This document shows, piece after piece, positions 9,378 through 18,663 of a stretch of DNA of 64,000 nucleotides. Positions within the stretch are counted from its first letter, which is position 1; each line of letters begins with the position of its first letter. This DNA is from Thermodesulfobacteriota bacterium (lineage in GTDB: Bacteria; Desulfobacterota_D; UBA1144; Nemesobacterales; JAJCZQ01), in assembly GCA_965203965.1 (NCBI GenBank), contig CBDBDR010000017.1, positions 1,152,001 to 1,216,000 of the forward strand, given 5' to 3'. The notes beneath the pieces were generated by a model. That model saw only the letters and a list, made by a program, of their open reading frames with translations. It did no database searches and was not told the DNA's origin. The position numbers were made by a program, and so were the translations under genes.

Positions 9378-10928
9378 TTGAAAAACGGCTACGTAAACAT
9401 ATTTGACACGACTTTAAGAGACGGGGAGCAGGCACCGGGATGCAGTATGACCGTGGACGAAAAGTTGAGGGTTGCATACCAGCTTGAGAGGCTGGGCGTT
9501 GATATCATTGAGGCGGGATTTCCCATCTCTTCGGAAGAGGATTTTCTTTCAGTCAAGACTATTGCTGAAAAAATAAAGGGTTGCCAGATAGCGGGATTAT
9601 GCAGGGCAAACTTCAAGGACATAGACCGTGGTTGGGAAGCTGTCAAGCATGCTGAAAATCCCAGAATCCATACTTTCATAGCAACGTCAGAGATACATCT
9701 AAAGCATAAGCTCAGAAAATCAAGAGAGCAGGTGTTGGAGATGATCAGTGGAGCCGTCAAACATGCAAAGAACTATACGGAAAACGTGGAATTTTCATGT
9801 GAGGATGCAACACGGACTGATATAAACTACCTTTGCAAAGCGGTTGATATTGCAGTTAAAGCCGGTGCAACGACTATAAACATTCCAGACACCGTTGGAT
9901 ATACAACACCCGGAGAGTTTGCAATCATCATAAGGACGTTAAAAGAAAAGTTGCCGGGGCTGGATGACGTTGTTTTGAGCGTTCACTGTCATAATGATCT
10001 GGGACTTGCAGTTGCAAACTCACTTGCGGCAGTAAATGAAGGTGCAAGACAGGTTGAATGCACAATAAACGGACTGGGAGAGAGGGCTGGTAATTCTTCT
10101 CTTGAAGAAATAGTTATGTCCCTTAAAACAAGGAATGATATTCATCCCTATGTTACAGGAGTAAATACGGAGAGCATCTATCCGACCAGCAGGCTTGTTT
10201 CGCAGGTTACCGGCGTGAACGTCCAGCCGAATAAAGCGGTTGTGGGGGCAAATGCCTTTGCCCATGAGGCAGGGATTCATCAGGACGGTGTTCTCAAACA
10301 TACAGAGACTTATGAAATAATGAAACCTGAAGAAGTTGGTATTCCATCAAATAAGATCGTTCTGGGAAAACATTCAGGTAGGCACGCTTTCAAGAATAGG
10401 ATTGAAGAGTATGGTTATTTTTTAAGTGATGAGGATATAGAGATCGCATTTAAGAAATTCAAGGATCTGGCAGATAAGAAGAAATACGTTTTTGATGAGG
10501 ATATAGAAGCCTTGATCAACGAAGAGTTTCTACGATCATCAAATTACTACAAACTTATAACGGTAAACTTTGCGGGTGGAACCGGCATGTCTCCTACGGC
10601 AACGGTGAAAGTTGAGATTGATGGCAAGGAATTTGTTGCTTCCGAGGCGGGCGGGGGTCCCGTTGACGCAATATACAAAGCGATCAAGAAAGCAACGGGA
10701 GAGCGACCAAAACTTGAAAACTATTCCGTTTCATCCATAACCGGCGGCACCGATGCACAGGGTGAAGTATCCGTAAGAGTTATAGATGAGGCTGAGAGCA
10801 TTGTTTCTCAAGGACACGGCTCGGATACTGATATTGTTGTTGCAAGTGCCAAGGCTTACATTAACGCTCTGAACAAACTTCGCTGGCGAAAGGAGCACCC
10901 CAAGGTATCAGGTGCAAGAGGGATCTAA
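9378..10928 (+). CDS. leuA: 2-isopropylmalate synthase
   Basis: DTTLRDGEQ, SVHCHNDLG, GERAGN, HEAGIHQDG and GKHSGRHA motifs, plus the C-terminal regulatory domain. Confidence 0.97.
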   Translation: MKNGYVNIFDTTLRDGEQAPGCSMTVDEKLRVAYQLERLGVDIIEAGFPISSEEDFLSVKTIAEKIKGCQIAGLCRANFKDIDRGWEAVKHAENPRIHTFIATSEIHLKHKLRKSREQVLEMISGAVKHAKNYTENVEFSCEDATRTDINYLCKAVDIAVKAGATTINIPDTVGYTTPGEFAIIIRTLKEKLPGLDDVVLSVHCHNDLGLAVANSLAAVNEGARQVECTINGLGERAGNSSLEEIVMSLKTRNDIHPYVTGVNTESIYPTSRLVSQVTGVNVQPNKAVVGANAFAHEAGIHQDGVLKHTETYEIMKPEEVGIPSNKIVLGKHSGRHAFKNRIEEYGYFLSDEDIEIAFKKFKDLADKKKYVFDEDIEALINEEFLRSSNYYKLITVNFAGGTGMSPTATVKVEIDGKEFVASEAGGGPVDAIYKAIKKATGERPKLENYSVSSITGGTDAQGEVSVRVIDEAESIVSQGHGSDTDIVVASAKAYINALNKLRWRKEHPKVSGARGI

Positions 10929-11392
10929 TGGCAATCAAATTTCCTGAAACTTCAAGAATACTAACTCCTTACGTTACGGTGCAAGATGCCGAAAGGTCAA
11001 TTCAGTTTTATAAAAATGCCTTTGGTTTTGAGCTTGTAGAGAATGAATTTATCAAAAATAACGAGGGAAAGATCGTCCACGCGGCAATGTCTTACAATGG
11101 GAAAAGCGTTGTGATGTTTTCACCTGAAGATGCAATGATGCCACCCATGAAGTCTCCCGCGACAACAGGGGTGGATATGCCGGTTGCTTTTTACGTTTAT
11201 TGTGCGGATGTGGATGGTTTTACCGAGAACGCACGCCTGAACGGAGCCAAAGTTCTTTGCGAACCGGATGATATGTTCTGGGGAGACCGTATGGCGAGAT
11301 TTTCAGACCCCGACGGGTATTTTTGGTCTTTTGCCACCCATAAAGGGAAGTTTGATGTTTCCAAATTACCGGAAGGATTTGTTTTGGGGTAG
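10928..11392 (+). CDS. VOC/glyoxalase family protein (PhnB-like)
   Basis: LTPYVTV...FYKNAFG and DMFWGDR...DPDGYFW motifs. Confidence 0.85.
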   Translation: MAIKFPETSRILTPYVTVQDAERSIQFYKNAFGFELVENEFIKNNEGKIVHAAMSYNGKSVVMFSPEDAMMPPMKSPATTGVDMPVAFYVYCADVDGFTENARLNGAKVLCEPDDMFWGDRMARFSDPDGYFWSFATHKGKFDVSKLPEGFVLG

Positions 11393-11553
11393 AAAAAGTC
11401 CTTACTTGCTACCGTTCACTTTGGTAGTGGTGGCAGAGCAAACTATTTACAAACTTCCAACTTGCTTTTTTATCTGCTATATTGATACGCAAAGCCAGTT
11501 TGATGTTAAACGCACAGTCTGGTTACTTGATCTTGAATTTAGGGAGATAGTTT

Positions 11554-13248
11554 ATGTTAAACAATCCAGCAGATTTCAGGCCACCTGTAGAAAAAGGTGA
11601 ATTTATAACGGGGGTCGGAGACGATCCGGACAACCGTGTGGAAGCGGGAGTATTGTTTGTTGGTGCTGGACCTGCAAGCCTTGCTGGGGCTATTCGTCTG
11701 GGACAGCTTCTTTCGGAGGAGCCCGAGCTAATGGAGTCTCTCGGTGAGATACCAATAGCCATAATTGAAAAGGGAAAGTATCCCGGTGCACACCTGCTTT
11801 CAGGTGCAGTTGTCAATCCTTTGGGTTTCAGGACGCTGTTTCCAAATATGAAAGATAGTGATTTTCCGTTTTTTCAGTCTGTCAAGAGTGAGGCGGTTTA
11901 CTTTCTCACAGGTAAAGGTTCATACAGACTTCCAACTCCTCCTACAATGCACAACAAGGGGAATTATGTCGCATCCATAAGCAAAGTTGGTGAGTGGCTT
12001 GCACAAAAGGCAGAGGAAGCCGGGGTGATGATATTTAACGAAATGGCTGGTCAGAAGCTCATAATTGAAGATGGAACAGTCAAAGGTATTAAAACCGATG
12101 ATAAAGGGTTGGACAAAGACGGGGGTAAGATGAATAACTATCAACCCGGGACTGATATACTTGCAAAGGCAACAGTTCTGGGAGAGGGAACGACGGGGCA
12201 TTTGTCCATGGCATTGATAGAGCATTACAATTTGAGAAGAGCCAATCCCCAGATATACGCACTGGGTGTTAAAGAAGTATGGGAAGTAGCAAAGCCTCTT
12301 GATAAAGTTATCCATACAATGGGATGGCCGCTGCGCGGGTCAAAGAAATACGGAGAGTTTGGCGGGAGTTTTATTTATCCAATGGGGGACAATAAGGTTT
12401 CGCTGGGGCTTGTGGTTGGATTGGATTACGCAGATGCAAAACTTTCAGTTCATGATCTACTTCAGCAACTGAAAACTCATCCACTGGTCAAGGAAATACT
12501 CAAAGATGGAAAGAGGGCAGACAACGGATGGGGTGCAAAGACAATTCCGGAAGGTGGATATTACGCCGTTCCTGAAAGATTGAACGTGCCAGGGGCGGTT
12601 ATAATCGGCGATTCGGCGGGACTTGTGAACGTTCCCGCACTCAAGGGGATCCATTATGCGATGATGTCCGGAATTATGGCTGCTGAGAGTATCTTTGCCT
12701 CACTCAAGGGAGAAAAAGATCTGGCAAAGTCCAATTCGCTCGCCAACTATGACGAGGCTTTACGAAGCAGCTTTATATGGAAAGACCTTTACAGCGTCAG
12801 AAACATGAGGCAGGCATTTCATGGTGGTTTTCTAAAGGGTTTTATACTTGCAGGACTTATGACCGCGACAAAGGGTCTTTTTCCTGGAGGCAGATTTGAT
12901 TCTCACCACGATTATGAAAAAGAGATGTTCATAGGAGATAATCCATCCTATCCAAAGCCGGATGGAAAACTCACTTTTGATAAATTAACCAGCGTTTATG
13001 AAAGCGGTAACAGAACCCGTGATAATCAGCCTGATCATATTCGTATCTTGAAGGAAGTGCCTGAGTCCATCGGTGAAACTTGGATAAATATGTGTCCGGC
13101 ACAGGTTTACGAGTGGGATGAGGAAGCAAATGTAAAGGTCATCAGGACTGATCCGTCAAACTGCGTTCAGTGTGGAGCAATTACATCAAAAGGTGGCAGG
13201 CTTTTGCCTCCTGAAGGTGGAGGCGGTCCCGAGTATAAGGAGACTTGA
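11554..13248 (+). CDS. Electron transfer flavoprotein-ubiquinone oxidoreductase (ETF-QO/FixC-like with fused Fe-S domain)
   Basis: VGAGPA FAD motif, GAHLLSGA, LGVKEVW, IGDSAG, KGIHYAM, CPAQVYE and PEGGGGP. Confidence 0.92.
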   Translation: MLNNPADFRPPVEKGEFITGVGDDPDNRVEAGVLFVGAGPASLAGAIRLGQLLSEEPELMESLGEIPIAIIEKGKYPGAHLLSGAVVNPLGFRTLFPNMKDSDFPFFQSVKSEAVYFLTGKGSYRLPTPPTMHNKGNYVASISKVGEWLAQKAEEAGVMIFNEMAGQKLIIEDGTVKGIKTDDKGLDKDGGKMNNYQPGTDILAKATVLGEGTTGHLSMALIEHYNLRRANPQIYALGVKEVWEVAKPLDKVIHTMGWPLRGSKKYGEFGGSFIYPMGDNKVSLGLVVGLDYADAKLSVHDLLQQLKTHPLVKEILKDGKRADNGWGAKTIPEGGYYAVPERLNVPGAVIIGDSAGLVNVPALKGIHYAMMSGIMAAESIFASLKGEKDLAKSNSLANYDEALRSSFIWKDLYSVRNMRQAFHGGFLKGFILAGLMTATKGLFPGGRFDSHHDYEKEMFIGDNPSYPKPDGKLTFDKLTSVYESGNRTRDNQPDHIRILKEVPESIGETWINMCPAQVYEWDEEANVKVIRTDPSNCVQCGAITSKGGRLLPPEGGGGPEYKET

Positions 13249-13264
13249 ACCGATTTTGCGTTGA

Positions 13265-14491
13265 ATGTATCAACTGAAAGCCCCAACGGCAGTTTTGCTG
13301 GATTCTGATCATGGCTGGATAAATTCCGGCTTGCCAAGTGCTAAAATTTTCAATCAGCCTTCTTTTTCCATAAAGTCGGCAGATGGGTTTATTTATTACC
13401 ACTCTCCAAATTTGCAAAAAAAGTATAAAGGTGATCCAGTAAAAGAGTTGGAAAGGTTTCTTGGAAAGGGTTTTGTTTCAGTAGGTTACATATCCTATGA
13501 GTATTTAAGGTTTACTGATACTGGATCCAAAATCAGGGAAAAAGGAGATCTTAATTACTACGATGCTTGCTTTTATTTTTACAAGGACGAAGAGATCGAG
13601 AGTTGTTGCTATGAAGATATTCCAACATACGGGGGTAAGTTTGATGTGGCGGCTGGTTTTCAGCAGAGTTTGAGGCATGTTTCCAACCTTACAAAGAGCG
13701 AATACATAAAAAATGTAGAAAAAGCTAAGTCGTATATAAGCTCGGGTGATATTTATCAGGTAAATCTTTCACAGAAATACAGCACATCTCGGATTGAAAA
13801 TCCCAATTTGACCCTTCTCAGGTTTTACGAGTTACAGCCCGTTCCTTTTTCCGCATTGATAGAGTTTGATGACCATGTTTTTATAAGTGGGTCAATGGAG
13901 TTGTTTCTCAGAAAAGAGGGGAAAAGAATCGTTACAAAACCCATTAAAGGCACTGCAAAGCGTAGTAATGATAAGATCTCCGATGAAAGAATAAAAAATC
14001 AGCTCAAAGAGAGCAAAAAGGAAAAAGCTGAAAACCTTATGATAGTTGACCTTATGAGAAACGACCTTGGCAGGGTATGTGAGAATGGCTCCGTAAATGT
14101 AAATGAGCTTTTCAGGGTCAACTCATATAAGACCTTGTTCCAAATGGAGTCTGAGGTTGAGGGAGTTTTACGAAGCGATGTAAGGTTAAATGAAATCATT
14201 GCGTTCACTTTTCCACCGGGTTCCGTAACGGGAGCACCAAAAAGCAGAGCGATCGAGATAATTGATGAGATTGAATCTCACTGCAGAGGCCCCTACTGCG
14301 GGGTATTTGGGGTTTTTTATCCGAACATGGATTTTACCCTCAGTGTTGCTATAAGGGTTATGCTGTCAAACCAGAACGGCACTTTCTACTGGGTAGGAGG
14401 TGGTATAGTGTGGGATTCCGACCCGGAGAGTGAATATGAAGAGACTTTACTAAAAGCAAAGGCTATAAGAAAAACGTTATTTGAGAAATGA
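13265..14491 (+). CDS. pabB: Aminodeoxychorismate synthase component I (chorismate-binding)
   Basis: GDIYQVNLS, TKPIKGT, AENLMIVDLMRNDLG and FPPGSVTGAPK motifs; followed by a PabC-like gene. Confidence 0.88.
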   Translation: MYQLKAPTAVLLDSDHGWINSGLPSAKIFNQPSFSIKSADGFIYYHSPNLQKKYKGDPVKELERFLGKGFVSVGYISYEYLRFTDTGSKIREKGDLNYYDACFYFYKDEEIESCCYEDIPTYGGKFDVAAGFQQSLRHVSNLTKSEYIKNVEKAKSYISSGDIYQVNLSQKYSTSRIENPNLTLLRFYELQPVPFSALIEFDDHVFISGSMELFLRKEGKRIVTKPIKGTAKRSNDKISDERIKNQLKESKKEKAENLMIVDLMRNDLGRVCENGSVNVNELFRVNSYKTLFQMESEVEGVLRSDVRLNEIIAFTFPPGSVTGAPKSRAIEIIDEIESHCRGPYCGVFGVFYPNMDFTLSVAIRVMLSNQNGTFYWVGGGIVWDSDPESEYEETLLKAKAIRKTLFEK

Positions 14492-15297
14492 AGGAATTGA
14501 TATTTATTGATGGAGACAAAACAGATGGGCCGCTAAACAGGTCGCTGTTTTACGGCGAAGGCTTGTTTGAAACTTTCAGATGGAAGGGTAGGATGCCTGA
14601 ATATATTTCGGAGCATATCAACAGGATGAGGAGCGGTTCAAGATTTTTGAAAATTCCGTTCCCAGACGAAGGTCATATACTTGAAAAGATCGAAAAAAGC
14701 GTAAAAAAATCTGCTTTAGCCGATCTTCACGTCAAAATAGCTTTGCTCTCAAAAGGGGGCGGTGTTTTTTTCAAAGACCCCCGTGAGTCCTCTATACTCG
14801 TTATAATAATGCCTTACGTGCAAGCTCGAGAAAACGTAACAGTGCGCGTTGCAACTCAAAAAAGAAACAGTGACTCACCATTGATCAGATACAAAACGTT
14901 TAACTACTTGGACAATATAATTGCGAGGCGAGAGGCAATCGGAACAGGATTTGATGATGCGGTTTTTTTGAATGTAAACGATAATTTGACTGAGGCAACG
15001 TCAAGCAACCTCTTCTGGGTAAAGGAAGCAAGCCTTTTCACTCCGTCAGTTGATTCGGGACTGCTTCCGGGAATAACAAGAGAAGTTGTTTTGAATACTG
15101 CCGTTCAACTTGGCTACAAGATAAATTGTGGGCAGTTTGAGATCTCTTCTCTGTTAAGTTCGGATTTCGCCTTTTTGACCAATTCGTTGCGAGGAACGTC
15201 TTGTATCGGTAGGATAAATGAAAAGACGATGCCAAATATCCCGCATGCTTACTCCGGGATCAAAAATGCACTTTTTGAAAAATTTAAATGGATTTAA
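14488..15297 (+). CDS. pabC: Aminotransferase class IV / 4-amino-4-deoxychorismate lyase
   Basis: YGEGLFET, KTFNYL, EATSSNLF, LLPGITR and FLTNS motifs; overlaps the pabB stop codon. Confidence 0.8.
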   Translation: MKELIFIDGDKTDGPLNRSLFYGEGLFETFRWKGRMPEYISEHINRMRSGSRFLKIPFPDEGHILEKIEKSVKKSALADLHVKIALLSKGGGVFFKDPRESSILVIIMPYVQARENVTVRVATQKRNSDSPLIRYKTFNYLDNIIARREAIGTGFDDAVFLNVNDNLTEATSSNLFWVKEASLFTPSVDSGLLPGITREVVLNTAVQLGYKINCGQFEISSLLSSDFAFLTNSLRGTSCIGRINEKTMPNIPHAYSGIKNALFEKFKWI

Positions 15298-15346
15298 TTT
15301 TGTCTTAATCAAAATATAATGATCATCCGGGAGTGGATTTGATACT

Positions 15347-15685
15347 ATGTCAGAGCTAAAAATTTCAGAATATCAGAAGATAGTAGATGATTGGATCAAG
15401 GATGTCGGCGTAAGGTATTATTCCGAGCTATCAAACCTTGCAGAACTTATTGAGGAGGTTGGCGAAGTTGCAAGGATAATGTCCAGAGTCTATGGTGACC
15501 AGAGCTTTAAGGAATCGGACAGAAAATATGATCTATCTGATGAGCTTGCAGATGTTTTTTTTGTGCTTGTGTGCATTGCAAATCAGACTGGGGTAGATCT
15601 AACCGAGTCGCTTAGAAAAAATATGAAAAAAAAATACACTAGGGACAAGGAAAGGCATAAGTCAAATCCCAAGCTCAAGAGCTAA
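15347..15685 (+). CDS. MazG-like (YpjD-type) nucleotide pyrophosphohydrolase
   Basis: LIEEVGEVAR and DELADVFFVL acidic motifs of the all-alpha NTP pyrophosphatases. Confidence 0.88.
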   Translation: MSELKISEYQKIVDDWIKDVGVRYYSELSNLAELIEEVGEVARIMSRVYGDQSFKESDRKYDLSDELADVFFVLVCIANQTGVDLTESLRKNMKKKYTRDKERHKSNPKLKS

Positions 15686-15798
15686 TAGGCATAATTATTT
15701 ACAAACAGGTTTAACTGTGATATTTTGACAGGTTTATCAATTTCTCCGTAAATTTGGTTTTGGAGTTTGAAGTGGCAATAAGCGAAAAAGTTGTGAAA

Positions 15799-16617
15799 AT
15801 GCAGGAAACGACTTGTGAAGACGTTCAAAACATGCCCGACGAACGGGGTATAGCAATAAACAAGGTGGGGATCTGCAGTCTTAAAATGCCTATGGTGTTA
15901 AAGGGTTGTGAAAAAAATCCGGAGTCATCTCAGCACGTTCAAACTACTCTCTCTATCGGAGTAAATCTGGACAGATCAAAAAAAGGTATCCACATGAGCC
16001 GCCTCGTGGAAACCTTGCTAGACCACGGCGAGACCGTTTCGCTTTCTACGATGAAGGGTCTTGTTGACAACCTTCTAAGCAGACAGGGGGCAGAAGAGGC
16101 TTATTTAAAGATAGATTTTGACTACTTTTTTCATAAAGTCGCACCCGTTACCGGGCTTACTGCCCCGCAGGCTTATGGTTGCTCATACAAAATTGAATAT
16201 GTCAAAGAAGGTAGGTTTACGGTTGAGCAAAATGTGGAAGTTCCCGTTAAGACTTTGTGTCCCTGTAGCAAAGAGATCAGCGATTACGGGGCACACAATC
16301 AGAGGTCTAAAGTATGTATTACCGTGGTGCATGAACTTAAAGACGCTCATACCATAGATATTTCTCTGGAGGATATGGTGGAGATTGCGGAGATGGGTGC
16401 TTCTTCGGCTCTGTATCCTATTCTGAAAAGAGAAGATGAAAGACACGTAACAATGAGTGCCTATGACAAGCCGTGCTTTGTGGAAGACGTTGTGAGAAAT
16501 ATTGCAATGGAGTTAAACATTGATAACAGGTTTGATTCCTACAGGATCAAGGTTGTGAATTACGAGAGCATACATAGCCATAACGCCTTTGCGGTGATCG
16601 AAGGCAAGAATATATAA
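15799..16617 (+). CDS. folE2: GTP cyclohydrolase IB
   Basis: DVQN, KGIHMSRL, TLCPCSKEIS, GAHNQRS, FVEDVVR and ESIHSHNA motifs. ATG at 15799 preferred over the TTG at 15754. Confidence 0.93.
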   Translation: MQETTCEDVQNMPDERGIAINKVGICSLKMPMVLKGCEKNPESSQHVQTTLSIGVNLDRSKKGIHMSRLVETLLDHGETVSLSTMKGLVDNLLSRQGAEEAYLKIDFDYFFHKVAPVTGLTAPQAYGCSYKIEYVKEGRFTVEQNVEVPVKTLCPCSKEISDYGAHNQRSKVCITVVHELKDAHTIDISLEDMVEIAEMGASSALYPILKREDERHVTMSAYDKPCFVEDVVRNIAMELNIDNRFDSYRIKVVNYESIHSHNAFAVIEGKNI

Positions 16618-16734
16618 AGAAAAAGGTTGTTTTTGATCCATAGCGTTTGTATTTAGTTCATCAATTCAGAAGGGAGCACAGTTCCCTTACCAGCCAATAA
16701 TACCCTGATGATTGCTGTAATTGTGTCCACGCAA

Positions 16735-17071
16735 ACGGATTCGGAGGGACTTCCAATAAGAAATTAGTCCTATAACAAGTAAATTTCAGCCAATGTTTAT
16801 AGGGTCATATAAAGCCCTGTTTATAATGTCTTTATAACTTGTTGTTAAAAATGCTTTAATGTGAACAGATTGTGGACAACTTGTTTCCAATAAGTTGTCA
16901 ATTTTCTTAACTACCCGTAATTATTGAATAAAATAGAAATAGAAAGATAATTAGTTTTAATTGAATTATTTTTAAGTTGTGGATTATTACAAATTGTTTC
17001 ACGTGAAACAGTTATTTACCAATACAGAATTTACTGAATATTTCCCCCAGAATATCTTCAGTTGTTACCTC
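16735..17071 (+). repeat. 337-bp direct repeat, copy 1 (includes the last 60 bp of mnmE, parS and DnaA-like boxes)
   Basis: By-eye alignment with 18664-19000 (offset 1929) shows 4 mismatches, all within the first 40 bp. Confidence 0.95.
16995..17010. promoter_or_regulatory. parS site (perfect palindrome TGTTTCACGTGAAACA)
   Basis: Exact match to the widely conserved chromosomal parS consensus, next to the mnmE stop codon. Confidence 0.92.
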
Positions 17072-18430
17072 TCCGGTGATCTCCCCTAAATTATCAAGCA
17101 CATGCTTCAATTCAATAGACATAATTTCCAACTGTTTATCTTGTTTTATTGCCTCTATAAATAAACTGAGATGGTCTTTTGCTTTTTCCAAAGCCATTTT
17201 GTGTCTAATATCAGTCAAGTATAGTTCGGCTCCTTCTGTTAGACTCTTATTGTCCGTAATTAACCTGTATATCGCTTCCTTCAGATTTTCCATACCTGTG
17301 TTTTCTTTGGCTGATGTGTAAACAATTCTGTCTTCTGCAATGTATTTTTTGAGTCTGTTTGTATTTAGCTTCACGCCAAGATCCGTTTTATTGACAACTG
17401 CTATGTGATTTTTTTTCATCCCTTTTTTCAAAACTTCAATATCGTTACTGTCCATTTCACTGCTTGCATCAAGAACTATTATTATAAATTCGGACTGTTC
17501 TGCTTTTTGAAAGGCGATATTCACACCGACCTTTTCTATCTCGTCCCCCGTTTTCCTTATACCTGCCGTATCAGTCAGTCTCAAAATTATTCCATGAACA
17601 TTGACGGTTTCTTCAATAAAGTCTCTGGTTGTCCCAGCTAAATGGCTCACTATTGCTCTTTCTTCTTTCAGCATAGTGTTCAGTAGACTGGATTTGCCGA
17701 CGTTTGGTTTGCCGAGTATTGTGGTAGAAATTCCGTTTTTTATTATCTTGCCCGTATTAAAAGTCTCAATGAAGTCTGAAATGTTGCTTAACAGTTTGAC
17801 CGTTTCATTTTCTACTTTATTTTTTACCATAGGATTTATGTCTTCTTCAGGAAAATCTATTTGAGCTTCTACTTCAGCAAGTATGTTCAGGGTATTATCT
17901 TTGTAGAAATTTATCTTGTCCGATAACTCTCCTCTAAGCTGTTTTTCTGCCTGTTTCAGGCTGGTTTCAGACTGTGCACAGATAATATCAGCGACCGCTT
18001 CGGCTTGGGCGAGGTCCATCTTTCCATTAATATATGCTCTTTGAGTAAATTCTCCGGGTAATGCAACCCTGTGTCCGAGGCTCGTAATGATTTTCAGTAT
18101 CTTTTTAGGAATTATATGTCCACCGTGGGAATATATCTCCACTACGTCCTCACCCGTGTATGAATTTGGGGCTCTCATTATGGTTATTAGCACTGAATCT
18201 ATTACAGAGTCGTCTGAACTATCAACAATGTCCCCATGATAAATTTTTCTGCTTTCAAATGTTGTGTCAGTTGATTTTGAACTGTCCGACTGTGCTGATC
18301 TTTTTTTGAATATCCGGTTCAGTATTTTTTCCGAATCTTTACCTGATATTCTTATTACTGCTATCCCTCCCTCACCTTCTGGTGTTGAAATTGCAGCTAT
18401 GGTTTCTTCGGATAAATAATCTTTGCCCAT
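17012..18430 (-). CDS. mnmE: tRNA modification GTPase MnmE
   Basis: TIAAIST, SYTGEDVVE, GKPNVGKSS, GTTRD, DTAGIR, NKTD and the terminal FSKFCIGK. Confidence 0.98.
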   Translation of the reverse strand: MGKDYLSEETIAAISTPEGEGGIAVIRISGKDSEKILNRIFKKRSAQSDSSKSTDTTFESRKIYHGDIVDSSDDSVIDSVLITIMRAPNSYTGEDVVEIYSHGGHIIPKKILKIITSLGHRVALPGEFTQRAYINGKMDLAQAEAVADIICAQSETSLKQAEKQLRGELSDKINFYKDNTLNILAEVEAQIDFPEEDINPMVKNKVENETVKLLSNISDFIETFNTGKIIKNGISTTILGKPNVGKSSLLNTMLKEERAIVSHLAGTTRDFIEETVNVHGIILRLTDTAGIRKTGDEIEKVGVNIAFQKAEQSEFIIIVLDASSEMDSNDIEVLKKGMKKNHIAVVNKTDLGVKLNTNRLKKYIAEDRIVYTSAKENTGMENLKEAIYRLITDNKSLTEGAELYLTDIRHKMALEKAKDHLSLFIEAIKQDKQLEIMSIELKHVLDNLGEITGEVTTEDILGEIFSKFCIGK

Positions 18431-18450
18431 AACTTAATTATTACTGAATA

Positions 18451-18466
18451 CGTTTCACGTGAAACA
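18451..18466. promoter_or_regulatory. parS site (CGTTTCACGTGAAACA, 15/16)
   Basis: One mismatch to the parS consensus, 20 bp upstream of the mnmE start. Confidence 0.88.
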
Positions 18467-18540
18467 TTTTTTTTATTTGGTATTAAGAGAAATTTTTGGA
18501 AGTGACAGAGACAGATAGTTTTTGGTTCTGCGTTGTGGTA

Positions 18541-18586
18541 CCACTCCGTCAGGCTTTGCCTGACACCCCTTCAAAGGAAGGGAATT
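18541..18586 (+). repeat. Short palindromic REP/MITE-like element (GTCAGGC-TTT-GCCTGAC hairpin + CCCCTTCAAAGGAAGGGAATT)
   Basis: Two adjacent hairpins; related copies at about 24300-24341, 26496-26519, 42493-42515 and 56171-56193. Confidence 0.65.
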
Positions 18587-18663
18587 TTCTATGAACTATA
18601 TCTCAAAGTCCAGATGTTGGTGTTGCTGCTTATGATCTTGTCATAATTGCCACCAGTTGTTTC

